From positions 59 through 64,058 of the forward strand of contig CAIMVC010000173.1 of assembly GCA_903844825.1 (NCBI GenBank): DNA of 64,000 bases. The letters run 5' to 3'. The number at the start of each line of letters is the position of its first letter. Position 1 is the first letter of the stretch. The stretch comes from an uncultured Burkholderiales bacterium (GTDB lineage Bacteria > Pseudomonadota > Gammaproteobacteria > Burkholderiales > Burkholderiaceae_C). Below are positions 19,621 to 29,539 of this stretch, in pieces. The translations under genes were made by a program, and so were the position numbers. The notes under the pieces were generated by a model that made no database searches, was not told where the DNA came from, and saw only the letters and a program-made list of their open reading frames with translations.

Positions 19621-20120
19621 TGCAAGACCCGGCTGATTTTGTAGTCGCCGAAGCGGCTCTCCTCGATGCAGGCCGCTTTGACGACTGGCTGGCACTGTTT
19701 GCCGAGGGCGGTCACTACTGGGTGCCGCTGCTCGGCGCCGCGCAGTCCGACCCGCACTCGCACAACTCGATTGCCTACGAGGACCGCCTTCTGCTGCAGT
19801 TGCGGGTGGAGCGGCTGAAGAATCCGCGTGCGCACTCGCTGCATCCGCGTGTGCGCTGCCAGCATGTGCTGCAGCGCTCCAGCCTGCAGGCGCCCGACCA
19901 AGCGTATGAATCAGCGCATGAACCAGCGCGGGCCGAAGGCGAGGTGCGCTTGCGAACGCCCTTTATTTATGTCGAGGCGCAGGGTGAGGAACAGATCCTG
20001 CTTGCAGGTGTCTGCAGCCACCGCCTGATGCCGGCGCCGGGCGGCTGGCTGATTTTGCAAAAACGTGTGGATCTTCTCAATGCAGGGCAGCCGCTGCCGG
20101 CCATTCAGTTGTTCATTTAA
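19617..20120 (+). CDS. Rieske oxygenase beta subunit, copy 2 (IadE paralog)
   Basis: EAALLD..RFDDWLALF..YWVP; C-terminus LPAIQLFI versus LPAVQLFI in copy 1. Confidence 0.9.
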   Translation: MMQDPADFVVAEAALLDAGRFDDWLALFAEGGHYWVPLLGAAQSDPHSHNSIAYEDRLLLQLRVERLKNPRAHSLHPRVRCQHVLQRSSLQAPDQAYESAHEPARAEGEVRLRTPFIYVEAQGEEQILLAGVCSHRLMPAPGGWLILQKRVDLLNAGQPLPAIQLFI

Positions 20121-20149
20121 GTGACAGGTCAGACGGCATGGAGACAGAC

Positions 20150-20179
20150 ATGAAGATGATGCGAAGGATTATTCAATGA
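20150..20179 (+). other. 9-codon mini-ORF MKMMRRIIQ with its own SD, overlapping the permease start
   Basis: GGAGA-CAGAC-ATG at 20140-20152; TGA 20177-20179 overlaps permease ATG 20176. Confidence 0.4.
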
Positions 20180-21231
20180 CATGGGATGTAGCACTCATTT
20201 TGGGCATTGATGGCCTGGCCAATGGCGCCGTGTACCTGCTCGCCGGCCTCGGCTTGGTGCTGATTTTTTCAGTCACGCGGGTGGTCTTTGTGCCCTTTGG
20301 CGACATTGCCGCTTTCGCCGCGCTGACGCTGGCGGCCTTTGAAACCGGCCGTGTTCCGCCCACCATTGGCATGGTCATGGTGCTGGCCGCGCTGGCGGCC
20401 ACCACCGAGGTGGCCAGTCTGGTGCGCCGGGGCGAACGCCGGCAGATTCCCAAGGCGCTGCTGACCTGGGGCGTGCTGCCCTTGCTGCCCTGTGCGCTGG
20501 CCTGGCTGGCGAGCAGCCCCGGCGTGCCGGCGGTCGCGCATATTGCCATGACTGTGCTGCTGGTGGTACCCATGGCGCCGTTACTGGGCCGGGTAGTTTT
20601 TCAGCCGATTGCGGACGCGTCGGTGCTCGTGCTGTTGATCGTCTCGCTGGCCTTGCACTTCTTGCTCTCCGGTCTGGGGCTGCTGTTTTTTGGCCCCGAG
20701 GGTTCGCGCACGCAGCCCCTGGCGGGTGGCTCGATTCAGCTGGGCGATGGCTTTGCGGTGAGCGGGCAGGTGATCCTGATGGTGGCTGCAGCCCTGGTGC
20801 TGAGCGGCCTGTTCTTCCTGGTGTTTGAGCGCACCACCATGGGCAAGGCTTTGCGCGCCACGGCGGTCAATCGGGTGGGCGCCCGCCTGGTGGGCATCCG
20901 TCCGGCACGCACGGCGCTGATGGCCTACGGCTGCGCGTCCTTGCTGGCCGGCCTGATCGGCGTGCTGATCGCGCCAGTGACCACCATGTATTACGACTCG
21001 GGCTTCATCATCGGCCTGAAGGCTTTTGTGGCCGCCATCATTGGTGGTCTGGTGAGCTACCCGATGACGGCAGTGGGCGCTTTGTCGGTCGGCGTGGTGG
21101 AGAGCTTTGCGTCCTTCTGGAGCGGCGCGCTCAAGGACGTGATCGTCTTCAGCCTCCTGATTCCGGTGTTGATGCTGCGCTCGTTCATGGCCCGCCATAT
21201 CGAAGAGGAAGAAGAGGAGATCGACCAATGA
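20176..21231 (+). CDS. livH: Branched-chain amino acid-type ABC permease
   Basis: GLANGAVY.L.GLGLVLIF, GKALRATA.N..GARLVGI, LKAFVAAIIGG. Confidence 0.9.
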   Translation: MTWDVALILGIDGLANGAVYLLAGLGLVLIFSVTRVVFVPFGDIAAFAALTLAAFETGRVPPTIGMVMVLAALAATTEVASLVRRGERRQIPKALLTWGVLPLLPCALAWLASSPGVPAVAHIAMTVLLVVPMAPLLGRVVFQPIADASVLVLLIVSLALHFLLSGLGLLFFGPEGSRTQPLAGGSIQLGDGFAVSGQVILMVAAALVLSGLFFLVFERTTMGKALRATAVNRVGARLVGIRPARTALMAYGCASLLAGLIGVLIAPVTTMYYDSGFIIGLKAFVAAIIGGLVSYPMTAVGALSVGVVESFASFWSGALKDVIVFSLLIPVLMLRSFMARHIEEEEEEIDQ

Positions 21232-23015
21232 GACATTTGCTTGCGCGTCCCGGTCTGCTGGTCGCCATTTTCGCGGCGTTGGTGGCGGCCGTCCCCGTCT
21301 TCTTTAGCAACTTTGCCGTCTCCCTGATGAACGACGTCGGCATCGCATCGCTGGTGGCATTGGGCCTGGTCCTGCTCACCGGTATTGGTGGGGCCACCTC
21401 ATTTGGTCAGGCCGCCTTTGTCGGCATTGCGGCCTACGCCAGCGCCTGGCTGAGCACCAGTCAGGGCTTATCGCCCTGGCTGGGCCTGCTCTTTGCGCTG
21501 ACACTCACCGGCATCTCGGCACTGGCCATCGGCTTGCTGACCCTGAGGCTGGGCGGGCACTTTCTGCCATTGAGCACGATTGCCTGGGGCTTGTCGATTG
21601 CCATGCTCTTTGGCAATGTCGATGCGCTGGGCCGGCACACCGGCTTGTCCAACATACCGGCGCTGACGATCGCTGGCTGGTCGCTGGCCGACCCGCGGGC
21701 GATTTTCTACCTCATCTGGCTTCTGGTCGCGCTGGCGTTCTGGTTCGCCTACAACTTGCTCAATTCACGCCCGGGGCGCGCCATTCGCAGCTTGCGTGGC
21801 GGCGCCATCTTGCTGGCCAGTGTGGGCGCCGACGCCTATCGCGTACGGCTCACGCTGTTCCTGACGGCCGCGCTGATGGCCGGCCTGGCGGGCTGGTTGT
21901 ACGCGCACATGAACCGCTTCGTCAGTCCCTCGCCGTTTGATGTGCGCGCCAGCATCGAGTATTTGCTGATGGCCGTGGTCGGGGGGCTGGGTCACATTGC
22001 CGGGGCCCTGGTGGGCGCCGCCCTGGTGCTGGTGATGAAGAACGGTTTGCAGGACGTGCTGCCGCTTCTGACCCAGCGCGCCGGTCAGCTCGAGGCGGTG
22101 ACATTCGCCGTCCTCTTTATCTTGATCCTGCACTTCGCGCGCAGCGGCTTGATGGGTTTTGTCCGGCGTCTGGCGCGCCGGCGTCCCGCTACCGCACCCC
22201 CGCGGCCCGACCTGGCGGCGGCCCTGCCGCTGGCGCATCGTGCTTTGCCTGAGCGCGGCACGTCCATCCTGAGCGTCAAGGCTGCCGTCAAGCGCTTTGG
22301 TGGCCTGGTGGCCGTCAACGATGTGAGCTTTGATGTCAGGGCCGGCGAGATTGTGGGCCTGATCGGCCCCAACGGTGCCGGCAAGTCGACCATGTTCAAT
22401 CTGTTGACCTGCACCGCACCCATGACGGCCGGGCAGGTGAATTTTCTGGGTCACGACATCAGCGGCATGAGCCAGCGCGAGGTGGCCAGGCTGGGCCTGG
22501 CGCGGACGTTTCAGCACGTCAAGCTGCGCCCGCACATGAGCCTGCTGGACAACGTGGCCTTAGGCGCATATGCCCGCACCAGCGCCGGCGTGATCCGGGC
22601 CGGTTTGCGGCTGGACCGTCAGCAAGAGCGCCAGGTGTTGCGCGAGGCGCAGACACAGCTCGAGCGCATTGGCTTGGGCGAGCGCAGCCATGAAGAGGCG
22701 GGCAGCCTGCCGCTGGGCACCCAGCGCATGCTTGAAATTGCCCGTGCGCTGGCCGCCGACCCCGTGCTGCTGGTGCTCGACGAGCCTGCGGCAGGCTTGC
22801 GGCGCAAGGAAAAAATGGCCCTCGGCGAGCTGCTTCGAAAATTACGTGACGAGGGCGTGACCATCCTCATCGTCGAGCACGATATGGAGTTCGTGATGAC
22901 GCTGGTGGACCGTCTGGTGGTGATGAATTTTGGCTCCAAGCTGCTCGAGGGTGTGCCGTCTGCGGTGCGCGCCGACGAGCGCGTGCAGGCCGCCTACCTG
23001 GGGAGCGTTGTATGA
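21228..23015 (+). CDS. Fused LivM-type permease / LivG-type ATPase
   Basis: N-terminal TM region with SFGQAAF; C-terminal [22 protein letters not shown]. Confidence 0.92.
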   Translation: MRHLLARPGLLVAIFAALVAAVPVFFSNFAVSLMNDVGIASLVALGLVLLTGIGGATSFGQAAFVGIAAYASAWLSTSQGLSPWLGLLFALTLTGISALAIGLLTLRLGGHFLPLSTIAWGLSIAMLFGNVDALGRHTGLSNIPALTIAGWSLADPRAIFYLIWLLVALAFWFAYNLLNSRPGRAIRSLRGGAILLASVGADAYRVRLTLFLTAALMAGLAGWLYAHMNRFVSPSPFDVRASIEYLLMAVVGGLGHIAGALVGAALVLVMKNGLQDVLPLLTQRAGQLEAVTFAVLFILILHFARSGLMGFVRRLARRRPATAPPRPDLAAALPLAHRALPERGTSILSVKAAVKRFGGLVAVNDVSFDVRAGEIVGLIGPNGAGKSTMFNLLTCTAPMTAGQVNFLGHDISGMSQREVARLGLARTFQHVKLRPHMSLLDNVALGAYARTSAGVIRAGLRLDRQQERQVLREAQTQLERIGLGERSHEEAGSLPLGTQRMLEIARALAADPVLLVLDEPAAGLRRKEKMALGELLRKLRDEGVTILIVEHDMEFVMTLVDRLVVMNFGSKLLEGVPSAVRADERVQAAYLGSVV

Positions 23016-23743
23016 GCGCCATGCTTGAAATCGGTGACCTGCATGTGTCTTATGGACAGGTCGAGGCCGTGCGCGGCGTGAGCCTGAGTCTGCAGCCGGG
23101 CCAGATTATTTCGGTGATCGGCCCCAATGGCGCCGGCAAGACCACCTTGCTGGCTGCCGCCATGGGGCTGTTGCCGTCCAAAGGGCTGCTGCGCTTTGAA
23201 GGCCAAGACTTGCATGGCCTGGATGTCGAAGCCCGCGTCGAGCGCGGCCTGTGTCTGGTGCCCGAAAAGCGCGAGCTCTTTGGCGACCTGAGTGTGCTCG
23301 ACAACCTGCAGCTGGGGGCCTATGCCACCAAGCTGCGCGGCGAGGCCTTGCGCCGGCGCCTGCACTCGGTCTACGACCGCTTTCCGCGGTTGGGGGAGCG
23401 TCGCAGCCAGCGCGCCAGCACGCTGTCGGGCGGTGAGCGTCAGATGCTGGCGGTAGGCCGCGCCCTGATGTCCTCGCCGCGCCTGCTGATGCTCGATGAG
23501 CCCAGCCTCGGTCTGGCGCCGCTGATCGTGCGCGACATCCTGACCATCGTGCGCCAGTTGCGCGACGAAGGCGTGTCGATCCTGCTGGTAGAGCAAAACG
23601 CGCGCGCGGCCCTCGAGACTTCGGACCACGGCTATGTCTTGGAGACGGGTGAGATTGCCTTGTCCGGCGCTTCCCGTGATCTGGCCGGCGATGCCCGCGT
23701 GCAAGCGACTTACCTGGGGGGTGGCGCGCGCGATGAAGACTGA
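23012..23743 (+). CDS. livF: LivF-type ABC ATPase
   Basis: [27 protein letters not shown]. Confidence 0.93.
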   Translation: MSAMLEIGDLHVSYGQVEAVRGVSLSLQPGQIISVIGPNGAGKTTLLAAAMGLLPSKGLLRFEGQDLHGLDVEARVERGLCLVPEKRELFGDLSVLDNLQLGAYATKLRGEALRRRLHSVYDRFPRLGERRSQRASTLSGGERQMLAVGRALMSSPRLLMLDEPSLGLAPLIVRDILTIVRQLRDEGVSILLVEQNARAALETSDHGYVLETGEIALSGASRDLAGDARVQATYLGGGARDED

Positions 23744-25361
23744 GGCCCTGAGCGGGCCGCTCTTGCCGGCGCAGCGCACGCTGCCGGCGATGCTGCAGCG
23801 GCAGGCGCAGTTGTTTGCCGGGCGTTCGCTGTTGCGTCTGGGCGCGCAGCACTGGTCGCATGAGGATGCGCTGCGCGTGGCGGCCAGCCGGGCCTCGGCG
23901 CTGGCAGCCGCCGGGGTTCAGCGCGGGGACCGCGTGGCGCTGATGAGCACCAACCGCGCCGAGTTTCTGGAAGTCTTTTTGGGCTGTGGCTGGCTAGGCG
24001 CGGTGGCGGTGCCGATCAACACGGCGGCCATGGGGCCGCAGATCGACTATTTTTTAGCCGATAGCCAGGCCCGCCTGCTGGTGATCGAGGCCGCCCTGCT
24101 CGAGCGCCTTTCGCCCGAGCGGCTGGCGCGTCTTCCCTTGCAGCAGGTCTGGGTCCTGGAGGACCTGGCGCAGGCCGGCACGCAAGGGCCGCAGTCCTGC
24201 GGCCCGGACATTCACGTGCGGCCTTATTCCGCGGTGCTGGCGGCCTCGGCGTTCGCTGAGCCGCAGCCTGCCGCAGAGATCGGGCCGGGCGACCCGCTGG
24301 CAATTTTGTACACCTCGGGCACCACCGGGCCGGCCAAAGGGGTGGTCTGTCCGCATGCGCAGTATTACTGGTGGGGCGTGCACAGCGCCGACGTGCTGGG
24401 CATTGGTGCGGATGACGTGCTGTGCAGCACGCTGCCGCTGTTTCACATCAATGCGCTCAACACCTTTGCGCAGGCCATGCTGACCGGTGGCGAAGTGGTG
24501 TTTGAAACGCGCTTTTCGGCCTCCGGTTTCTGGCCGGCGATGCACGCCCATGGCGCGACCGTGGTCTACCTGCTCGGCGCCATGGTGCCTATCCTGCTGG
24601 CCCAGCCGGCGAGCGCGCAAGAACAGGGTCACCGTGTCCGCATCGGGTTAGGCCCGGGCGTGCCGGCGGCGGCGGGCCAGGCCTTCCTGGCGCGAACCGG
24701 GGTGCGGCTGCTCGAAGGCTACGGTTCTACCGAGACCAATTTTGTGCTGGCGACCACGCCGGACTCGCCGCATGCCGGCAGCATGGGCTGGCTGCGGCCA
24801 GGCTTTGAGGCACGTGTGGCTGATGAGGCCGATGTCGAACTCGGCGTGGGCCAGGCCGGTGAGTTGCTGCTGCGCGCGCATCAGCCTTACGCTTTTGCCA
24901 GCGGCTACTTCAATATGCCCGACAAGACGGTGCAGGCCTGGCGCAACCTGTGGTTTCACACCGGCGACCGGGTGCTGCGCGAAGCGGACGGCTCCTTTCG
25001 CTTCATCGACCGCATCAAGGATGCCATCCGGCGGCGCGGCGAGAACATCTCGTCGTTCGAGGTCGAGCAGGTGCTGCTCAGCCATCCTGCCGTGGCCGCC
25101 TGTGCGGTCTACCCGGTGCGTTCTGAGCTGGCCGAAGACGAGGTCATGGCGGCGTTGGTGGCGCGTGGGGACAAGCCGATTGATCCGGCCGAGTTGATGG
25201 CTTTTTGCAAGACGCGGCTGCCGTACTTTGCCATTCCGCGCTATGTCGACGTGCTGGCCGATCTGCCGCGCACCGAAAACGGCAAGGTGCAAAAGTACAA
25301 GCTGCGCGAGCAGGGGGTGGGCCGCCACACCTGGGACCGTGAGGCGACGCGCGCACCCTGA
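23733..25361 (+). CDS. ATP-dependent acyl-CoA ligase (CaiC-like), second ligase
   Basis: [31 protein letters not shown]; start taken at ATG 23733. Confidence 0.9.
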   Translation: MKTEALSGPLLPAQRTLPAMLQRQAQLFAGRSLLRLGAQHWSHEDALRVAASRASALAAAGVQRGDRVALMSTNRAEFLEVFLGCGWLGAVAVPINTAAMGPQIDYFLADSQARLLVIEAALLERLSPERLARLPLQQVWVLEDLAQAGTQGPQSCGPDIHVRPYSAVLAASAFAEPQPAAEIGPGDPLAILYTSGTTGPAKGVVCPHAQYYWWGVHSADVLGIGADDVLCSTLPLFHINALNTFAQAMLTGGEVVFETRFSASGFWPAMHAHGATVVYLLGAMVPILLAQPASAQEQGHRVRIGLGPGVPAAAGQAFLARTGVRLLEGYGSTETNFVLATTPDSPHAGSMGWLRPGFEARVADEADVELGVGQAGELLLRAHQPYAFASGYFNMPDKTVQAWRNLWFHTGDRVLREADGSFRFIDRIKDAIRRRGENISSFEVEQVLLSHPAVAACAVYPVRSELAEDEVMAALVARGDKPIDPAELMAFCKTRLPYFAIPRYVDVLADLPRTENGKVQKYKLREQGVGRHTWDREATRAP

Positions 25362-25421
25362 ACGCTCGCCACTCAGAGCGATACGTCAGTTCGGTTTATT
25401 CATTCGTTTTGAAAGCAGATC

Positions 25422-26495
25422 ATGAAAATTGCAATTTTGGGAGGCGGTCACGGTGCTTACGCGGCAGCGGCGGACCTGTCTGAAAACGGCCATGACGTGC
25501 GGCTGTGGCGGCGCGACGCACAGGCGCTGGTGCCGGTGCAGCAGACCGGCTCGATCACGCTCAAGGACGCCCAGGGCGTGCGCGACGTGCCGATTGCGCT
25601 GGCCACGCCCGACATCGCTGCGGCGCTGCGCGGCGCCGAGCTGATCCTGCTGCCCACACCGGCCACCGCGCAGCACGACATTGCTGCGGCCATGGCGCCG
25701 CACCTGGTCGATGGGCAGGTGGTGTTTCTGGCGCCTGGTACCTTTGGCAGCTACGTGCTGGCCCGTCAGGTTTGGGCGGCGGGCTGCCGCGCCGATGTGG
25801 CCTGGGCCGAAACCGGCACGCTGCCTTACCTGGCGCGCAAGCACGGCGAGCGCGAGGTGAACGTCACGGTCCGCGCCGTGCGCCTGCCGGTCGGGGTCTA
25901 CCCCGAGTGCCAGGCTGCGCGGGCGCTGGCGGTGATCGCCCAGGCCTACCCTTGCGTGCACAGCTGTGGCGACGCGCTCTCGGGTGCGCTCATGAATGCC
26001 GGGCCTGTCATTCACCCGCCGCTGATGGTGATGAACGCCGCCCCCTTGCAGCACTTCGAGCGCTGGGATATTCATAACGAAGGCACGCAACGCGCTGTGC
26101 GTGACGTGACGGACCGGCTCGATCTGGAGCGCGTGGCGATTCGCACCGGCCTGGGTCACGCGGCCCCGCACTACCCGCTGGCAGACCATTACAACAACGA
26201 CCAGTGGATGTATGGCGACGCGCATAAAAAGCTCGTCAAATCGGGCGACTGGCGCGAGACGATTGACCTCTACACCCACCGCTACATCACCGAGGACGTG
26301 GTGCTCGGTCTGGCGTTCATGGCGTCAGCGGCACGCTATGCCGGCGTGGATGCGCCCATTGCGCACGGCATTTTGGCCATCGTCGGCGGTTTTCTCGGGC
26401 GTGACCTGCGGCTGGGTTCGCGCACCTTCGAGTCGCTTGGCCTGGCCGGTCTGAGCGCGCCTGAACTCAAGCAAAGGCTGCACGATGGCGTCTGA
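25422..26495 (+). CDS. NAD(P)-dependent opine (octopine/nopaline) dehydrogenase family
   Basis: GGGHGA Rossmann motif, AETGTLPY, N..PVIHP, HRYITED. Confidence 0.88.
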   Translation: MKIAILGGGHGAYAAAADLSENGHDVRLWRRDAQALVPVQQTGSITLKDAQGVRDVPIALATPDIAAALRGAELILLPTPATAQHDIAAAMAPHLVDGQVVFLAPGTFGSYVLARQVWAAGCRADVAWAETGTLPYLARKHGEREVNVTVRAVRLPVGVYPECQAARALAVIAQAYPCVHSCGDALSGALMNAGPVIHPPLMVMNAAPLQHFERWDIHNEGTQRAVRDVTDRLDLERVAIRTGLGHAAPHYPLADHYNNDQWMYGDAHKKLVKSGDWRETIDLYTHRYITEDVVLGLAFMASAARYAGVDAPIAHGILAIVGGFLGRDLRLGSRTFESLGLAGLSAPELKQRLHDGV

Positions 26496-27486
26496 GAACC
26501 TGCCTCGATTTGCCGCCGTGGGCGCGGGCCGCATGGGGCGCGGCATCGCGATTGCTTTTGCTTACGCTGGTCACCGCATCAGCCTGGTTGACCTGCGCGA
26601 GCGCAGCGACGCGGCCTGGCAGCAGCTGCAAGAGCAAGCGCAGGCCGAAATACAGGGGGCTCTGGAGGGCCTGTCGCAGCTCGGCGTGCTGGACGCTGCG
26701 CAGATACCCGCAATGGCCGCGCGCGTTGACCTCGTCAGGGCCGATGCGGCGCCGGCCGCGCTACGGGCTGCCGAGCTGGTGTTTGAAGGCGTGCCCGAAA
26801 CGCTGGCCGCCAAGCGCGACGCGTTTGCGCACATCAACCGCCACTGCACCGACACGGCCATCATCACCTCGACCACCAGCAGTATTTTGGTGACCGATCT
26901 GGCGCCCCTGCTGCGTCTGCCCGAGCGGTTTTTGAACATGCACTGGCTCAACCCGGCCTACATCATTCCGGTGGTGGAGCTGAGCTACCACCCCGGCACG
27001 TCGGCCGACGTGCTGGCGCGCACCCGCGCCCTCATGGAAGGCATTGGCAAGTTGCCGGTGGTGTGCGGCCCGACGCCGGGCTACATCGTGCCGCGGCTGC
27101 AGGCGCTGGTCATGAACGAGGCGGCTCGCATGATCGAAGAGGGGGCGGCCACCGCCGAGGAAATTGACAAGGCCACGCGCTACGGCATGGGCCTGCGCTT
27201 TGCCGCCTTGGGTGTGGTCGAGTTCATCGACTTTGGTGGCAGCGACATCCTGCACCATGCCAGCCGCGAGATGTCGGCCTCGGTCAGTGCCGAGCGTTAC
27301 GCCGCGCCGGCCATCGTCAACGAGATGGTGGCGCAAGGCCGGCTCGGCCTGAAAACCGGTAGCGGCTTTTACAACTATGAAGGCCGCGACATTGCCGCCT
27401 ACCGGCGCGACGTGCTGTCTCGTACCCTGGGCATGCTGCAGCACGCCGGCCTGTGGCGGGCGCCGGCCGACGAGACGCAGCCATGA
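26485..27486 (+). CDS. 3-hydroxyacyl-CoA dehydrogenase family
   Basis: GAGRMG, EGVPE, STTS, HWLNP..IPVVE, GLKTGSGFY. Confidence 0.9.
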   Translation: MASENLPRFAAVGAGRMGRGIAIAFAYAGHRISLVDLRERSDAAWQQLQEQAQAEIQGALEGLSQLGVLDAAQIPAMAARVDLVRADAAPAALRAAELVFEGVPETLAAKRDAFAHINRHCTDTAIITSTTSSILVTDLAPLLRLPERFLNMHWLNPAYIIPVVELSYHPGTSADVLARTRALMEGIGKLPVVCGPTPGYIVPRLQALVMNEAARMIEEGAATAEEIDKATRYGMGLRFAALGVVEFIDFGGSDILHHASREMSASVSAERYAAPAIVNEMVAQGRLGLKTGSGFYNYEGRDIAAYRRDVLSRTLGMLQHAGLWRAPADETQP

Positions 27487-28283
27487 CCATCCGGCGGGCC
27501 TTTGCCGACCTGTCCGTCGGCCAGGTTCACTACGCCGAGTGCGGCAAGCGCGAGGCGCCTGCCGTCTTGCTGCTGCACCAGTCGCCGCGCAGTTATGCCG
27601 AGTACCGCGCGGTCTTGCCTCTGATCGGCGCCGAGCGTCGCGCTATTGCTATGGATACTGCCGGCTTTGGCGATTCGGCCGCGGGCGATCTCCCGGCCAG
27701 TATCGAGCAGTGGGCCCATGTGGCCTGCGAGTTGCTCGAGAGTTTGAGTCTGCGTCAGGTCGATGTCGTGGGACACCACACCGGCGGCGTGATTGCGCTG
27801 GAACTGGCGGCGTCTTTCCCTGACCGGGTCCGGTCCCTGGTGCTGTCGTCAACACCGTATACCGATGCAGCGTTTCGCCTCGCGCGTGCCCATAGCCCCG
27901 CCATCGACCACGTCGAGCCCAGCGCCGACGGCAGCCACCTGATGGCGCTCTGGCAGCGGCGCCAGGGCTTTTATCCGGCCAACCGGCCCGATTTGTTGCA
28001 AGCCTTTGTGCTGGACGCGCTCAAGGCCAGTGGCGGGCTCGAGGACGGGCATCGCGCCGTCGCCAGTTACCGCATGGAAGAGCGCATTGGCCGAGTGCAG
28101 CAGCCGACCTTGATCATCCGCGCGCCGGATGATCCTTTTGCTTCGCCCCACGCGCACGAGCTGATGCAGCATCTGGCGCGGGCACGCCTGGTGGACATCG
28201 CTGGCGCCATGGTGCCCTTACCCGACCAGTTGCCCGAGCCCTTTGCCCGGGCCGTGCTTGAATTTTTGAGGGAGTTGGCATGA
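27483..28283 (+). CDS. Alpha/beta-hydrolase fold protein with non-canonical active site
   Basis: LLHQSP, DTAGFGDS; elbow GHHTGG; GAMV at the expected catalytic His position. Confidence 0.85.
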   Translation: MTIRRAFADLSVGQVHYAECGKREAPAVLLLHQSPRSYAEYRAVLPLIGAERRAIAMDTAGFGDSAAGDLPASIEQWAHVACELLESLSLRQVDVVGHHTGGVIALELAASFPDRVRSLVLSSTPYTDAAFRLARAHSPAIDHVEPSADGSHLMALWQRRQGFYPANRPDLLQAFVLDALKASGGLEDGHRAVASYRMEERIGRVQQPTLIIRAPDDPFASPHAHELMQHLARARLVDIAGAMVPLPDQLPEPFARAVLEFLRELA

Positions 28284-29539
28284 CTGTTTCGCAAGACCTG
28301 GCAAGGCCTTCCGCCAAGGCCGCGGGCAGCCGCCGCGCCGCCTTCATCCCCTACGGGCAGTACTGGTCCACGCCCTTTTCCCGCTGGCAGGGCTCGCTGG
28401 CGCATCTGCACAGCCTGGAGTTTGCCGCCTGGAATGCCAAGCGCGAAATGGCGCGCCGGGGCTTGCAAGCGCTGCCCATCGACTCGGGCGTGCTGGGCAT
28501 GTCGATACCGCAGCAAGGCAGTTTTTATGGGCTGCCCTGGGCCACCGGCCTGATGGGCTTGACGTCCGTGGCTGGACCGACCATTTCGCAAGCCTGTGCG
28601 ACGTCTGCACGTTGCGTGTCCCTTGCCGCCGATGAGGTCGGCAGCGGGCGTGCCGACTGTGTCCTGTTGCTCACCGCGGACCGCGTGAGCAACGGCCCGC
28701 AGCTGTACTACCCCAACCCGCAAGGGCCGGGCGGCAGTGGCAGCCAGGAGAACTGGGTGCTGGACAACTTTCGTGAAGATCCGTTCGCCCACGTGGCCAT
28801 GGTCGAGACCGGTGACAACGTGGCGCGCCTGTTTGGCATCAGCACGGCCGAGCAAAACGAGGTCACCCTGATGCGCTACGAGCAGTACGCGGCGGCCACG
28901 GCGAATGAACATGCTTTTCAAAAGCGCTACATGAGCTTGCCCTTTGAAGTTCCCGATGCGAAGTTCAGGAAAATCCAGGGCACCTTGGCCGGCGATGAAG
29001 GCCTGCACGCCACCACGGCCGCCGGCCTGGCGGCTTTGCGCCCGGTGCGCGAGGGCGGCACCATCACCTATGGCGGGCAGACGCACCCGGCCGACGGCAA
29101 TGCCGCCATGTTCGTTTGCTCCGAGGCGCTGGCGCAGTCGTTCTCGACCCGGCCCGAGATCAGCATCGAGATTCTCGGCGTTGGCCAGGCCCGCACGCAA
29201 AAGGCACACATGCCCATGGCGCCGGTGCCGGCGAGCCGAGCGGCGCTGAAAAACGCCGGCCTCGACATGGCCGACATCACGCACGTCAAGATGCACAACC
29301 CCTTCATCGTCAATGACATCGTGTTTGCACGCGAGATGGCGTTTCCGGTCGAAAACATCAACCAGTACGGCTGCTCGCTGGTGTGGGGGCATCCGCAGGG
29401 TCCAACCGGCTTGCGCAGCCTGATTGAGCTGATCGAGCAGATGGTGTTGCAAGGCGGCGGCATCGGCCTGTTCACGGGCTGTGCGGCCGGCGACAGCGCC
29501 ATGACGGCGATCATCCGGGTCGACGACGCGTCGGCATGA
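28280..29539 (+). CDS. Thiolase family protein (HNPF variant)
   Basis: STPF, QACATS, HNPF in place of NEAF, GHPQG, GCAAG. Confidence 0.88.
   Translation: MTVSQDLARPSAKAAGSRRAAFIPYGQYWSTPFSRWQGSLAHLHSLEFAAWNAKREMARRGLQALPIDSGVLGMSIPQQGSFYGLPWATGLMGLTSVAGPTISQACATSARCVSLAADEVGSGRADCVLLLTADRVSNGPQLYYPNPQGPGGSGSQENWVLDNFREDPFAHVAMVETGDNVARLFGISTAEQNEVTLMRYEQYAAATANEHAFQKRYMSLPFEVPDAKFRKIQGTLAGDEGLHATTAAGLAALRPVREGGTITYGGQTHPADGNAAMFVCSEALAQSFSTRPEISIEILGVGQARTQKAHMPMAPVPASRAALKNAGLDMADITHVKMHNPFIVNDIVFAREMAFPVENINQYGCSLVWGHPQGPTGLRSLIELIEQMVLQGGGIGLFTGCAAGDSAMTAIIRVDDASA

Noticed and set aside
19901-19930. Imperfect 12-bp duplication (AYES/AHEP) in beta subunit 2
   Set aside because: In-frame loop insertion; the gene stays intact, so it is not a pseudogene signal
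18292-20120. Second Rieske pair as anthranilate dioxygenase or as an assembly duplication
   Set aside because: Too collinear with copy 1 to be an AntA/AndA type, and too diverged at DNA and protein level to be an artefact
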